64,000 nucleotides of DNA from Balanoglossus misakiensis. Taxonomy: Eukaryota > Animalia > Hemichordata. Numbering within the stretch: the first letter of the stretch is position 1; every line of letters begins with the position of its first letter. Location: the NCBI GenBank assembly GCA_040954595.2, contig CM082585.2, forward strand, positions 3,006,902 to 3,070,901. The letters are read 5' to 3'. Shown here one piece after another: positions 1 through 13,820 of the stretch. The notes beneath the pieces were generated by a model. It was not told where the DNA came from and searched no databases. It worked only from the letters and a program-made list of their open reading frames with translations. The position numbers were made by a program, and so were the translations under genes.

Positions 1-1335
1 AATATTAGAGATTTTGGGGCCAAATATCAAGAAATAGACGCTTTTTTCCATGATTTTAAAGTTTAAAAACTATTTCATGTTCATGACAAAACATTTTGGA
101 ATAATATTTGACATGGGCAGTTTTCATAATTTGTATAAATTCAATATGGCAGACAGTATTCCTAAAAAACATATTTGGGCTATATATTGGATACTTAGTA
201 AGCTATTTTAGTGTTTTTAATTCAAAATTACCTCTATGACATTTGAAACAATGTTAAAAATATCTTGTTTACATTTACACTTTATATTTTGCATAAATCT
301 AATATTGCCGCCAAATGAATATTCGACAGCTTATCATACTCCGGCATATATAATAAGGTTCTGGCATAGAAAATATGTTGTAGCATTAGGATTATATACA
401 AAAGAGAATGAAAAATGCTTCCAGATTCAAGCATATACTGTAAAGTAGGTCCAAGTTACAGCTAATGGAGTAAAAAAATAGTAAGGTAATATCTCAGTTT
501 ATTTAACAGGTGTTAGTCGTGTAACCAATTCGCCAGAATACGTTTCAGCTGATTTTTAAGACTTAGATATATGATTTTAAAATTATTTTCGGGCATAAAG
601 TACGACTTACAAGTTAAATAATAATCTACAATCGTCATTTAATTGACATTTTAATACTATAGGAAGTATATCGTTAAACTGATTACTATACAGGTTTAAA
701 GAAGTCATGTGATTATAATTATCTGTTGCATTGCTGTTATATTTTCGTTTTACATATTAATGAAAGAGAGTTTTATATTTGCTTCATTACTCATTCCTAG
801 TGCTACAACATATATTCTATGCTAGAACCTTATTATATATGTCGGAGTATGATAAACTGTCAAACATTCATTTGGCGGCCATATTGGATTTATGCAAGTG
901 CAAATGTAAACAATTTTTTTTCAAAATTGTTCCAAATGTCATAGAGGTAGTTTTGAATTAAAAAAAACACTAGAATTGCTTGCGTATTACCTGATATACT
1001 GCCCAAATATGTTTTTTTAGGAATACGTCTGCCATATTGAATTTATGCAAATTATGAAAACTGCCCATGTCAAATATTATTCCAAAATGGTTCTTCATGC
1101 ACATGAAATATTTTTAAACTTTAAAATCATGGAAATTCATGTTTATTTCTTGATATTTGGCCCAAAAATTTTCAATATTAAATTTATGCAAATTAGACAT
1201 ATTTCCACAAGGTTGATTCGGGTGCATTTTTGATATGTTGTTCTAGACACCTCTCCGAAATATATTCTGAAAAAAAAAATTCTGTTGCAATTTGTGGTGG
1301 GTTAGGTGCCCAAATCTCGTAGATTTACTAGACTA
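1..1335. mobile_element. Non-autonomous foldback DNA element with long inverted arms (Academ-like termini), left end outside window
   Basis: About 1-330 is an imperfect reverse complement of about 860-1200. It ends in ...TACTAGACTA at 1335. The right arm closely matches 53245-53741, which ends in ATTGACTAGACTA. Confidence 0.7.
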
Positions 1336-1590
1336 CAATGAATCAAGCTGAATTAGGATAAATACTTGTGATGTCGATATTTGGTTTTGTTTACTAGAAT
1401 ACAAATGTTATGAATTAAAACCTAGGGTATTCATATCATTGCCCAGGTTACACTGTTAAAGTCAGCAGAGCTCTTTTGACCGATAGGTCACTTGTATTTA
1501 AAATTCGACGGGAGTTTCAAATCAATTGTACATTACAGCAAATATAAAATTATTGAAGAGCGGGAAAAAATACAATAACTAAGAAAAAAA

Positions 1591-3216
1591 TAGCATCAAG
1601 GACACTGTGGTCCCATTTGAGGATTATGCAGAAACAGTGACACACCAGAATAAAAATTACAGGTGACATTGCAAGCAGATATGATCTTACGATATAGAAA
1701 TATGGAATGTAAAAAAATTAACAAGGAACATGCCCAATAAACTGTACAAGTGGTGCCAGAAAAAAATTGACCAAAAATTGTCTGTACAAACACATATGAG
1801 AAGCAACTTCTTTCAGTTAGCCCTGGAACAGACAGACAGACGCACACACTGACCTGCCACTTGTAATTAAAAATTTAATAGCTGGTGGTCTCTGTAACAG
1901 CTGGCCAATTAAAGTTATGTAAACATGTCTAAGTTGGGGGTAACAACTCCTTGTAAACAGTAACTTTCAAAACAACTGGACAATTGGTTTAGGAGAAGAT
2001 TTGCTAACCAAAAACAAAGAAAGTCGCTAAATATTGAATATTTCTGATATCAGAATTGAATAAAAGTTGCACATATACATGTATGTGCTATGAAATTCTA
2101 TCCTAAATTTCACAGCAATCAGAGAAAAAGCAAATTTCAAAGCAATCCAACAAGCAGTTTCACAGAAAATATTTGTTCAAAAGTGGCAAAAACACAAATA
2201 TGCAAATATCACCAAAATTGTACAATATCTTACTTCAATCACTACAAGGAACATACTGCCAAAGTTCAATGCAATATGACAAGCGGTTTCAGAGAAAACA
2301 ATTTTTGACAAAAATTGCAAAAGTTTCCCCAATAACACATTTATGAAAATATCACATTTTTTTACAACATATTAGTTAGGTTACCCCTACGAACATGCCT
2401 ACCAAATTTCAAAGCAATCTGGCATGCGGTTTTAAAGAAAAAAATGTTTGACCAAAAATGGCAAATATTGCTCAAAATTATAAATTTGCAAATTTTGCAA
2501 CAATTTGAACAAAACTATGGTTACTCAGACAACCATTAGGAAGCTTCATACTAAATTTCAAAGAAGTAAGCCCATCACTTTCAGAAATGAAGACTTTTTA
2601 CCAATAACATGGAAAAATACAAAAAAATTGCATAAAAAATAGGAAATCAATAATATTAGCTCAAAACATACAGGACTGTATGAGGTTGTCATAAGGTACA
2701 TGCATACCAATTTTCAAATCAATATGACCAGTGGTTGTTGAGTTTTTGAGTTTTGACCAATTTCACACTTTCCCAGCTAATTTGCATATTTTTGGCAATA
2801 ACAACTTCATTTGAACAAACTCCCCATCTACAGCCATGCCTTCATCTACACACCAAATATCGAGGTCATACGCGCAGCGGTTTTCAAGTTTTTGATGTGG
2901 ACGGACATACAGACATCCATCCATCCATCCATCCATACATACATACATACATACATACATACATACATACATACATACATACATACATACATACATACAT
3001 ACATACATAAATACATATACATACATGTAACATACATACATACATACATACATACATACATACATACATACATACATACATACATACATACATACATACA
3101 TACATACATACATACATACATACATACATACATACATACATACATACATACATACATACATACATACAGACGCAACTGATCCCATAAGGTCCCACGGTAC
3201 ATACCAATGGGACCTA
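1591..3216 (-). mobile_element. Helentron-associated non-autonomous element (DINE-1/HINE-like), copy 1
   Basis: On the minus strand it starts TAGGTCCCATTGG..GGGACC (subterminal inverted repeat plus hairpin), followed by a (TATG)n microsatellite. It ends AAATGGGACC-ACAGTGTCCTTGATGC and is flanked by T/A runs. Both ends are shared with 19265-20855. Confidence 0.7.
2915..3168. repeat. (CATC)n/(CATA)n microsatellite inside the Helentron-type element
   Basis: Directly visible; explains the YIHT/MYVC ORFs. Confidence 0.95.
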
Positions 3217-5041
3217 AAAAACATTATTTTTCCAAACGCTTCTACAAATTTACTTTCTGTAATTCTTCGTCAACATTATATTATATAACACACTCGTTTC
3301 TAAATCCACATATTAGTACTTTCCTATCGCCTACCCAATATTTGTAAAGATACCGTTTTCCTAACAAAATCAGCGGTTTCATCACGTAATCATTGAGTTT
3401 TATGGAAAAAATCTGCGTCAGAATAGAAAACGAACTACATTTTCACCATATAAATTACAAATGATTCTTGAAATGTTTAGCCAAAGACTCCTTGCAACTT
3501 CGCATTCCAAATCGGGTAACCGACAAATATTGTATTTCAGAGGATGAATCTTCTTCCAATAATACAAATATTTATTGCATAGAAACAACCTGTGTAACAG
3601 TTTCATTCACAGAAATGAATATTCTCCCAAATCATCTGACTGTGACGTAGGGTTGTTAACCGATTTTAACCTAGTGGTGTATACAACTTATTAATTGCAA
3701 ATTATCTGTATTTGAAAATTTATCCTGTAAACGAATGCTATAGATGGATTTACAAGTAAATAGTCTAATAGAATAAATTGCCCATCTTCGTATTATCTCT
3801 TAGTAATATTGCAGATGCAAATTGTCTCTTATAAGCGATTTGAAAAAAAGATGTGATATTTCATACTCCCTCTTTGTGTCATATTTCGTTTGACATTGAC
3901 ATAATTATTTACCGTACTTTTAAAACGCTGGCATTAATGATGATGGCACAAAAGGTACACTTGTTGTTGAACTCTTCACCTAATGTAGTTCTATACACAG
4001 GTTTATTGTATTTCTTGGTTAGCAACCCCTTGCTCGGTAGTTAACCGAATCTCGCGTGATCTTGAAAATGAGGGAAAAATAAAGTATTTGTTTCATTGTT
4101 CTGTTATAGGATGATTGTCTGCGTGGGCTACTATTGGTTAGAATTAATGAGGAAGGGGTTTCTGATTGGACGAAAGCAGAGGACGAAAGACAAGTACGAA
4201 CTTTGCAACAGAACCTGCAGAAAGTTTTACTAGAGAGGAAGGACAAACTTTAGTTTTTACATTGGGTTGATGCTAATAATTGAGACTTTTGTCTGATAAA
4301 CATCGATGCAAGTTCGTTTCAAGATATTGAATTGCTGTCTGTGCACATATCTTAGAAGTTGTTTTTATGTATCGTCGGTTCTTTTACTTTTACTGATATA
4401 ACAACAATAAATGTTTGTCTTTCAAATTAAGCAGTTTTAAATACTGGATAATTATATGTCAGTGTGCTACTTAGTATTAAATTAAGTTGTCATTCATAAT
4501 TGTCATGAACATCACGTGGTTCCCAGATATGGGCATTGTTTAGGCCTATATGACGCCATTGTTCCATTGTGACGCTAAGGCTCCTTAGACAAACCTGGTG
4601 CGTCTGCGGTCCAGATCCGTACCAGAGCTTTTCGCCGAAATTCGATTTTATCGGGAGAATATAATTTCCCTGTCTACTAACCGGTTATAACTGACTCCGC
4701 GATTAACTTCTTCTAACATCCGAACCGCTCGCTTTCTGAAACTGTTGTGTTTACCCATGGAGATAACCTCACTGTATTCAATATGGCGATCTCAACAGGT
4801 AAGCACAAGAGAAAATCAGAAAGCGTGTGGCTCGGAAGTTAATTACATCATATTTGGAGTCATTTTGGGTAGAAGTAGATGGGGAAAGATTCCCCCCGAT
4901 AAAATCGAATCTCGGCCGAAAAGATGCTGTCCGGATCCGGATGTCAGACGAATCAGTTTTGTCCATGGAGCCTTGCAGAGCTGTGGTGGAAGCCGTGTAT
5001 TAAACGCCGGGAGAACGCAGACCTGTACGGAGGACTACCAC

Positions 5042-5527
5042 GACCCTGTCAGTGCTTGGAAATTTCAAGGCTCTCACATTCCCTGAATGTCCGGAAATTT
5101 CCGATCACTGACCCTTGTCAGTGCTTGGAAATTTCTAAGCTCTCACATTCCCTGAGTGTCTGGAAATTTCCGACCACTGACCCTTGTCAGTGCTTGGAAA
5201 TTTCTAAGCTCTCACATTCCCTGAGTGTCTGGAAATTTCCGACCACTGACCCTTGTCAGTGCTTGGAAATTTCCAGGCTCTCACATTCCCTGAGTGTCTG
5301 GAAATTTCCGACCACTGACCCTTGTCAGTGCTTGGAAATTTCCAGGCTCTCACATTCCCTGAGTGTCTGGAAATTTCCGACCACTGACCCTTGCCAGTGC
5401 TTGGAAATTTCAAGGCTCTCACATACCCTGAGTGTCATGAAATTTCCGACCACTGACCCTTGTCAGTGCTTGGAAATGTCTAGGCTCGCACATTCCCTGA
5501 GTGTCTGGCAATTTCCGACCACTGACT
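5042..5527. repeat. 69-bp tandem minisatellite, about 7 units
   Basis: Unit ACCCTTGTCAGTGCTTGGAAATTTCTAAGCTCTCACATTCCCTGAGTGTCTGGAAATTTCCGACCACTG recurs at 5111, 5180, 5249 and onward. It gives a 23-aa periodicity in ORF 4924-5619. Confidence 0.9.
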
Positions 5528-6089
5528 CTTTTCCAAGTATTTCAGCTGCAAAATATGGATTTGTCAATGAGCAGTGCTTATTTCCTAAAATTCATACGAA
5601 GTCCAACGGATTTGTGTGATACGGATATTAATCTAACAATTCTTGTAATAAATATTGGGTTTCAGATTTACTTTTTGATGCTATTGTTTTTTCTGGCAAA
5701 ATTTTACAAACAATTCACACACTTGCAAATGTTCAATAGAAATATTACTCATGATAAACATGGAGACAAAATTTCATTAGAAAAAAATCAAAAGGACTGT
5801 CATGTACGTGGCTTTGAAGGAGACTCAGTTTTTTCACAGATTAATTTTAATTTGAGTTTAAAGCCAAAATATGACAAAATGCATTTTTCCTGCTGTACAG
5901 CTGCAGGAAAGAGACTAAGAATACCTTTATGTAATTTTTTCATTAGAAATTGGCAAAGAATAGGGAATATTTTCATAAATTTCTACCTTTTTCAGCAGTA
6001 ATTATGTAAAAAAGGGGTTTTTCGAAAATTGGAAAATGTTTTCTATACTGTTTTCACAAAAAGACACAGGCCTGAAATATAATTTTTCA

Positions 6090-6600
6090 GGTGACACAAA
6101 GTGGACATATATGGTAGACTCTAGAATTCCCGTTGGGGCAGCCAAAAGCCCATAAATGTTTAATCGGATTACACAAAGCGATGCTAAGATGATGCGTATA
6201 CGAGGGAACTGTGCAACAATCGTATATCTTGATGACTTTCTGAGTATAGTACTTTTAGCAGACACAAAGCTTGAATGTTACCAAGCTTTCAATGCACTCA
6301 TAAACTTACTACAGCAACTAGGATTTGCCATTAACTGGGACAAAATGGTAGAACCCACACAGTGAGTTACCTTCCTTGGTATCCATATTAACAGTCAGTC
6401 GAACACTGTCGCTTGATAAAATCAAACTGCCAAACCTGTGCATAATGGTTCAGAATAGGACACAGCGTATATGTCTTACAAAGCGGGACCTACAATGGCT
6501 TGTACACAAACTTAATTTGGCGCAGCTAAAGTGGTGCGTCGCATTCGCACCTTTCTGTGCCATTTGATTAATCTCATGAACTCTGTCACGTGACAGTCAA
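6090..6600 (+). pseudogene. Degraded reverse transcriptase fragment of a DIRS/Ngaro-type (tyrosine recombinase) retrotransposon
   Basis: RIPVGAAKSP*MFNRITQ...VYLDDFL...LLQQLGFAINWDKMVEPTQ*VTFLG resembles the DIRS/Ngaro RT core (LPFG, YLDD, LGFxINxxK...FLG), with stops and frameshifts. Confidence 0.65.
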
Positions 6601-7025
6601 AGCATGAGTGAATCAACAAACACGCACAAGGGAGCCTATTATGGTACGCAAACATGTATGCAGTAAAACAACAGGGCGATAATTCTTGAGGATGAACCCC
6701 AATGAAACCAACCGATTCTTAATTTCATGTCCATGTATTCAGGATGAACCCCAATGAAACCAACCGATTCTTAATTTCACTGTGCGGTAAAAAGTGCTAC
6801 CAGGTTATGTCCAAACAAGCAGCATATTTTATATGGCAAAATTAGACAGGTTATGGCAAACTTGATCTCTTAAACTGCTGATTTTACATTGATGTTTTTT
6901 TTTTGCAAATTCGACAGTCTCTGGAATCTGCTGTAAGCTAAACATTGTGGAGTGACAGAGATCGTTTACAAGCTAAACATTGTGGAGTGAAAGAGATCGT
7001 TTACAAGTAATACAGCTATATATTG

Positions 7026-10000
7026 TATGGAAGACCGGTCACGACATGCGACATGCGACCTGCGACTTCAAAACTGCGACCTGCGACTTTAAAAAACACC
7101 CTGCGGCCTGCGACTTCAAGCTACAGCACGGTCGCTTTGTTCATACAGGCGACCTGCACACCGTGGCTTCGGATTTGGTCCAAAGATCAAATAACAAAGG
7201 TGGCTGTGGGAGTTACAAGTAGGATAAAACACTTCGTGGCATAAATTGAAATCTTGAAACCTGGTTATTTCTACTATGCAGCTATATTTTACAGTTTCTT
7301 TTGAAAGATGATTTTTGGTGTATACAATAAAGTCATATCTATCTGTTACACTGTCTTAACATCTTTAATATTTTATTAATTAAAACTACACATAGAAATG
7401 CTCTTCTCTAGCAAGCATGGAGTGCTAATAAGTGACCAAAGTAGTTTTTGATAACCAGTACATTCTGCCAGTTTTTTATTATGTATAATTGTTGACACAG
7501 AAATAATGTATGCTTTAGGAATGTCTTCTAAGTGCTTATTTCTCCGTATTCCTTAAGTTATGGAAATTTGTATCTTTTAATCATTAAACAACCGATTGGT
7601 TCAGAACTGTTGTTAGATTGGCAATTGTGTGTTTTATTGTCTTTGTCATCACATGCAAACCATGCAAACACTTGGTAGACCAAGTGCGCCCACACTGGTC
7701 AGATGGCATCATTGAATTGCATATGGCCATCATAGGTCTATCACATTGTCAGGGCAACTCATTGCAAACTTGTAGATAAGACACGGAGTTCTTCCTCCTT
7801 GTTTTTAGTGTGTATGGTTGTTTATTGTAATTGATTGATAATATAAAAACATATTTTGTTGTTTGTTTACAAATATTGTCACATTTGTTTGTTTGTTGAC
7901 AGGTCAGAGTTGGTACTAGGGTTTGGGGTTCATTCACTCCCTATATATGTACTGTGTATTATAATAATTATAGGATTGTTGAAAATAACCTAACCCTAAC
8001 CTGTTAAAAAACAAACGTGATAATATTTGTAAATAAATAAACATTTTTTATTCTATCAATCAATAACATCAAACAAACAAATATACACACTTCTCTCCAT
8101 GTTTGTAGTTGGAGAGCTGGCCCTGTGGATAAGATTCTTTGATTTGTACAGGGTGGAATTATGAGCAAGGTTCTGGGACTGGAATAGGAGCGACTCAGTA
8201 ATTTAACTTTCAACCACTTTATCCAAAATTGACAGCAAAAAACTACTCAGCACAAAGCTGCCAGCAAAAAGAACTGACAATGTCTGGTGGAAATGAAAAC
8301 AACCTTCAAGCATGTGATTGGTGCAAAAGTACAAAATAGATTCCGCTAAAAGTCTGATGGTCAGAGTTCTTATCCGAGTGCATGGATCTCAGTGTTCATG
8401 GAGCTCTACTAAAAGTCTTGATAACCTCCCATCTCCTTGCAGCGAGTCTACCTGGTTGAAGTATGTTACTATGTCACGTATAAGTCTCTCTGTGAAAGTA
8501 AAATGTTCATTTTTAAGCGCATGGAATATTCACGCCGATGTGACGCATTAAAAACAGACTATCACCGGATTAGAATTGAAGACGCAGATAACAATAAATT
8601 GTTTGCGATTGTTGCAGAACTGTCCGATTGGAGAAAAGCATTATCCAACTCCATTCCGAAAAACGTATACCAACAAAAGAAATTCCATCAGCCTTCATGA
8701 ATTATTTTGAAAACAAGGTGTGGCAACTCCGTGACAGGATTGGTCCACAACCGCACAGCTGTGAGGCTGACATAACACCGACCCATACTTTCGCGGAATT
8801 TGACCCAGTGTCACCTGGGGATATAATTGCGTTAGTGAAACAATCACCACCGAAATCTTGTGAACTCGACATTCTACCATATGGAGTGTTGAAGAATTGC
8901 GTGCACATCTTAGCACCTTTCCTTGCTGATCTTTTCAACAATTCGCTCACAGCTGGCATCGTGCCGAGTCATTTCAAGTCAGCGATAATTGGTCCATTGT
9001 TAAAGAAAGTTGATCTGGATCAGAACATTCTGAAGAACTACAGACCGGTTTCAAACCTTCCGTTCTTGTCAAAACTCCTCGAGCGTGTAGTCGTTCAGCA
9101 ACTGAACAGTCACCTCACTAAATTTAGTTATTTCACAAAGTTTCAAAGTGCTTACCGTGCTAATCATAGCACGGAAACTGCTCTCTTGCGTGTCCACAAT
9201 GACATCATGCTTGCCTTGAATAACAAACAGGATGTAATTCTTATCATGTTAGATTTATCAGCGGCGTTTGACACTATCGATCATGAAATAATGCTACAGA
9301 GACTACATCATCGTTTTGGAATAACTGGTAACACTTTATCGTGGTTTCGTTCGTACCTCGTAAATCGCCAACAGTGCGTCAAGGTTGGATATGCATCATC
9401 CCCAAGTTCTCGCATGAAATATGGCGTTCCACAAGGATCTGTTCTAGGACCTCTCATGTTTACACTCTACACTGCACCTCTGGAAGACATCTTCGGAAAA
9501 CACGGGATTGATTGCATGATATACGCGGACGATACGCAAATTTATGCCATCTGCAACAGCCCTAACGATGTTCGCAATAACATTGAGCTCTGCGTCGATG
9601 ATATCCGCAGCTGGATGAAATCTAACATGCTTGTACTGAATGATGATAAAACTGAAGTTATTCACTTTTCATCACGTTTAAAATCTAATGTGACAAAATT
9701 AGACTGTCTAAGAATCGGACAATGTGACATAATTCCTTCAGTTTCAGTTAAAAATCTCGGCGTTATTTTAAGTCAGGATGGTAGCATGTCTGATCATATT
9801 AGTAAGCTGTGCAAAAATGGTTTCTTCTCTTTGCATAGAATAGCTAAAATTCGTAATCTTCTTGACAGATCTACAACTGAGAAACTAGTCCATGCATTTG
9901 TAACGTCTCATTTAGATTACTGTAATAGTCTTTTGTTTGGTATCCCGAAGGGACATCTAGCTCGACTTCAGTCTCTGCAGAATGCTGCGGCGAGGCTAGT

Positions 10001-11754
10001 TACTCGTACGCGCAAGTCCGATCATATCACACCCATACTCAAAGATTTACACTGGCTACCGGTAGAGGCCCGCATCAGTTATAAAATTCTCTTGCTCACA
10101 TTCAAATGTATCAGTGGTAAGGCACCTGCCTATTTGACTGATCTTTTACATTTATATGTACCAGCTCGAGAACTGCGCTCGAGCGTTCAATTCTTTTTAA
10201 CTCATCCTCATGCTAAATTTAACAAAACCTACGGACAGAGAGCTTTTTCAGTTTGTGCACCCATTTTATGGAACAATTTACCCCTTGATATCAAAACCGC
10301 CAGAAGTGTCAATATGTTTAAGCGTAATTTGAAAACTTACCTTTTTACTCGGTTTTATGTGTAGCGTGTTCGATTGTGTCCTTTTAACTATTTTTACTAG
10401 CCTTGTATTTTTTAATCTACTCTTTTAGCTATATGTACAGTGCGCTGAGACGTATGTGTAGCACATTTTAAACAATTCTTAATAATAATAATAATAAATA
10501 AATATCAACATCAAGCAATGCCTTCATAAAGAGCATTTCATACAGTAAATGTACAATGTGACAGTTCAAATATACATCATGGATAAAATATATTTTACAC
10601 TATATCTCCACATTTTGCTTTGCATTGATTCCTAAAGGGGCATTAGCTGTAACTTCTGGCTTCATTTCCAGTATTTTTGTTCTGTGTACCAAATGCAATT
10701 TCTTGTTCTACTTCAAACAGCATACTAATATACACAGTACTCTGCTTGTATTTGTCGTCATAACCTGTATGTATGTAATGGCCATTGTTATTGTTGACAA
10801 ATGAATTCTAGTCCAGACTTGAATTCAAATTTTGCACAATAACAATGTCGACTACATACATATAGGCTATGTTAATAAGCAAGAGGGAGGGACTGGACAT
10901 TTCATCATACTTCAGGGATCTGAACAAGGAACTGCTGTAGATACACAAAACAAAAGTACTGAAAACATCGTGAAAGTTACAGCTAATGGAGCAGGGTTAA
11001 CTTTTGCGAGGGGGGCTATTACGTTATTTATAGGTCTAGGTCCCATCCTTCACCAAATACAAGGACATACTAATATGCACACAGTGAGCAAATCTGTCCA
11101 ATTCCTGTTAGAACAATAATGGTCCAAAATGAAGTCAAATTTATCCGGCCATGGATTAAGGAGCTAGTGCTTTTAGGAATTGCTAGTGCAACCAGTACCC
11201 CAGGAATATGTTATGTTATCAAATCATGTTTTAAAACTCCCTGATGGGTTAGGCCTTACTACTCTGCTCCACACACACTAAATGTGTTGGGGCGGGGGGG
11301 GGGCGATATGGGACAGGATGCTCGACGTGAGGCGCAGGTCGCACTGTAGTTTGGCAGCGCTTATAATAAAGAGAGACAAGGTATGACACGACCTCCCCGC
11401 CAGGAACGTAATTCGTTGTGAAAAAAAACGATACCGAACCCTTTAAATGACCAAATAAACAAGGCGCTGCTAAACTACGGTGCGACCTTTGCTTACATGT
11501 TTGTACACGGCGATCTCTGTGTCATAGGCGATCGCCGTGTAAAAACAACCCTAATGCGACTGTCGGATGGACGACCTTACTTGAACCAAACACCATGATG
11601 AAGTCCTAAAACAACAGCAATTTCGTCGACGATATAGCCTTGATAAAAGTACTCGCCAACATCCGCATTGCAGTCACCATCTTGACGGAGTGTGAGGAAG
11701 TCGCAGGTCGCAGTTTTGAAGTCGCAGGTCGCATGTCGTGACCGGTCTTCCATA
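7026..11754. mobile_element. IS3EU-like DNA transposon (defective) with TIRs and 6-bp TSD
   Basis: TIRs start TATGGAAGACCGGTCACGACATGCGAC (7026) with the reverse complement ending at 11754. ATATTG is duplicated at 7020-7025 and 11755-11760. TAYGG termini and a 6-bp TSD fit IS3EU. A minus-strand remnant EYFYQGYIVDEIAVVLGLHHG near the right end resembles the transposase N-terminus. Confidence 0.75.
8515..10500 (+). mobile_element. 5'-truncated L2/CR1-group LINE with RT ORF (8628-10364) and (AAT)n tail, nested in the IS3EU-like element
   Basis: RT motifs NYRPVSNL, LDLSAAFDTIDH, GVPQGSVLGP, YADD and C-terminal LHWLPV are present; no endonuclease. 3' tail AATAATAAT at about 10481-10500. The 5' boundary is approximate. 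Confidence 0.9.
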
Positions 11755-11799
11755 ATATTGCATTGTTGTGTAATGTAAGTGAAACTAGAAATGCTTTGG

Positions 11800-12570
11800 A
11801 TCTTGTAAACAGAAAGGTCAATCTCAGGAGCATGCGTCCATGGCAGAGAAAATGCAAAATCCAGGCCGGGATACAGATAAGCTAATCGAAAAATCGAAAA
11901 TAAAATAGTTATCAACAAAATTTTTGTAGTCGATCCTGAGACGAACTGGTAACCAATGGAGCAGGGCAAGAACTGGAGTGATAGGCGTGAATTTCCTAGT
12001 GCACATGACTATTTTGGCTGAACTATTATGAGCTCTTTGTAATAGGGCGATTGTGTTTTCTGAGAGACCATACAGGAGTGAGTTACAGTAGTCAAGTTTG
12101 GCAGACAGATTTGCATGTACTAAGGTTTGGCAAGTCTCGTTGGTGATGTAACGTCGTATAGATCCAATTCGGCGGAGGTGACTGTAGATCGATTTGCAGG
12201 TGTACTTTATGTGCTGACTGAACATGTGATTACTGTCGAAGAAGATCATGCCAATATTGCGAGCAGATGAAACTGGTGTGACATAAGTGGAACCAATGTT
12301 GACACTGTTAACAGGATCTGGTGAGCTGTTAAACTTGGAGCGAATCAGAAGGACTTCGGTTTTACTGTCGTTGAGCTGGAGTTTATTGTGGGTCATCCAT
12401 TCCTTGATGTCAAGAATGCAGGTTTCAATCGACAGAGTGGCTAATGAAACTTCAAATGATTTAAAATTAAATGGTTTCCATGAAGAAAGTTTCATAGTTG
12501 ACTTGTAAACAAGAGCAACACACCTGCCAGATGATGTCTTGCATGGAGAGGTGGCTATTGCATGTACCAT
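11800..12570 (-). pseudogene. Degraded L2/CR1-group LINE 3' fragment
   Basis: CILDIKEWMTHNKLQLNDSKTE...LDYCNSLLYG...LHWLPVRLRIDYK; internally deleted and frameshifted. Confidence 0.8.
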
Positions 12571-12999
12571 CTACCATATACCATGATGCATCATCAAGCA
12601 TGCTTCGCCATTTCCCTGATGAAAATAATCAGATTCAATTTCACCATTGCATAAGCAATGTCAAATTACAGTGCTTTTGGCCACGTATTATCCCAGGGAT
12701 TTACGTGCAGTCAACTTTAAGTACCTATGCATATGCATTTAATACCCATGTCAAAGCTTTTAATTATAAGCTCAAAATAGAAAGGTGGAATTCGGAAAGA
12801 AGATAGTCGACGCAACGATGATGGACGCTTGTGGCTGTCGGGTCCCGGTACATAGCCTGAGCGCGAGTCCACTTTCAAGCCAGCTAAGCGTGACGACTGA
12901 ACCTCTATATTCCACCGGCCAACGAAATGTATAAGACGTGACAACAAGTCGCAGTAAAATTGTTAGAGAATCGATTACACGTGGGCGAACGGAACTTAA

Positions 13000-13730
13000 G
13001 GTGGCATTGCATGAAACCGTCGAGACTTTTTCAGAGGCCTATTTCTCATCAAAGACAACGTTAAAACCCCCATAAACCATACATATTCTGGAAGCTGAGT
13101 TTTTGAACTTTTGTTTGAGTTGCAAATATTATTGATCCCGGAAATGAGGGCGATTTTGGGTTAAAAACCCCATTCTTTGATATTATGTCATTAAATATAA
13201 ATTAGGTAAAAAAGTTGACCATGCATCATGCATCTTAATATGTCATTCGAAACTAGAGTACACGTGCAAAAAAACGGTAATTTTGTTTTGCGTTATCTGC
13301 TTCCATTGAGGAGTAACAGCGTTTGAAAGTTAGATTTTTTAGAAAATTTGATCAAATTCACGGTGAGTTGTATTGAATCAGAGTTTATTCCCGCCAGGGA
13401 CACTTTATCGACAAAAAAAATCCGTTTTGTTGGATGGGTCATACACAATCCCCTGTTAAAATATGAGCAAATTCGGCCTACGCAGAGCGAAGCTAAATTC
13501 TTCTGAAGTTGTCAAGAGCAGCGAAAATGCAAACTGAGAAAAACGGCAATTTGCATTGTTGAAACCTATTTGTTAAGCAGTGAACTCGTTCAGAACAGTG
13601 CTATTTTTGGGTGATTATGCACCATTTCCGCCAAGACGCATTAGTCAGGATGTGGGTCTGTATTAGGCCTACCGATTTATGTAAAAAGGTAAAATTTGGC
13701 AAAAATCACAATTTTTCATGGAATGCCACC
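13000..13730. mobile_element. Kolobok-like non-autonomous DNA transposon
   Basis: TTAA at 12996-12999 and 13731-13734. The 17-bp TIR GGTGGCATT(G/C)CATGAAA has 1 mismatch. Purine termini plus TTAA fit Kolobok rather than piggyBac. Confidence 0.75.
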
Positions 13731-13820
13731 TTAACGGGACGACTTGTTGGGAGATTTTATGACTTATCAGCGATAGGTCATAATTTGCATATCTCGTGGG
13801 GAAGGGGATAATCCCACTAA

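Noticed and set aside
3985-4480. Possible solo LTR (CCAAT-like boxes, AATAAA)
   Set aside because: No second copy, TG...CA ends with a TSD, or primer-binding site could be fixed from the sequence.
5042-5527. Regular repeat as a possible CRISPR array
   Set aside because: Units are contiguous and near-identical with no unique spacers, there are no cas genes, and the context is eukaryotic.
6688-7006. Two short direct duplications (about 38 bp each)
   Set aside because: Ordinary slippage-type micro-duplications with no further structure.
7985-8002. TAACCC-like telomeric motif
   Set aside because: Only about three imperfect units; too short to call an interstitial telomere.
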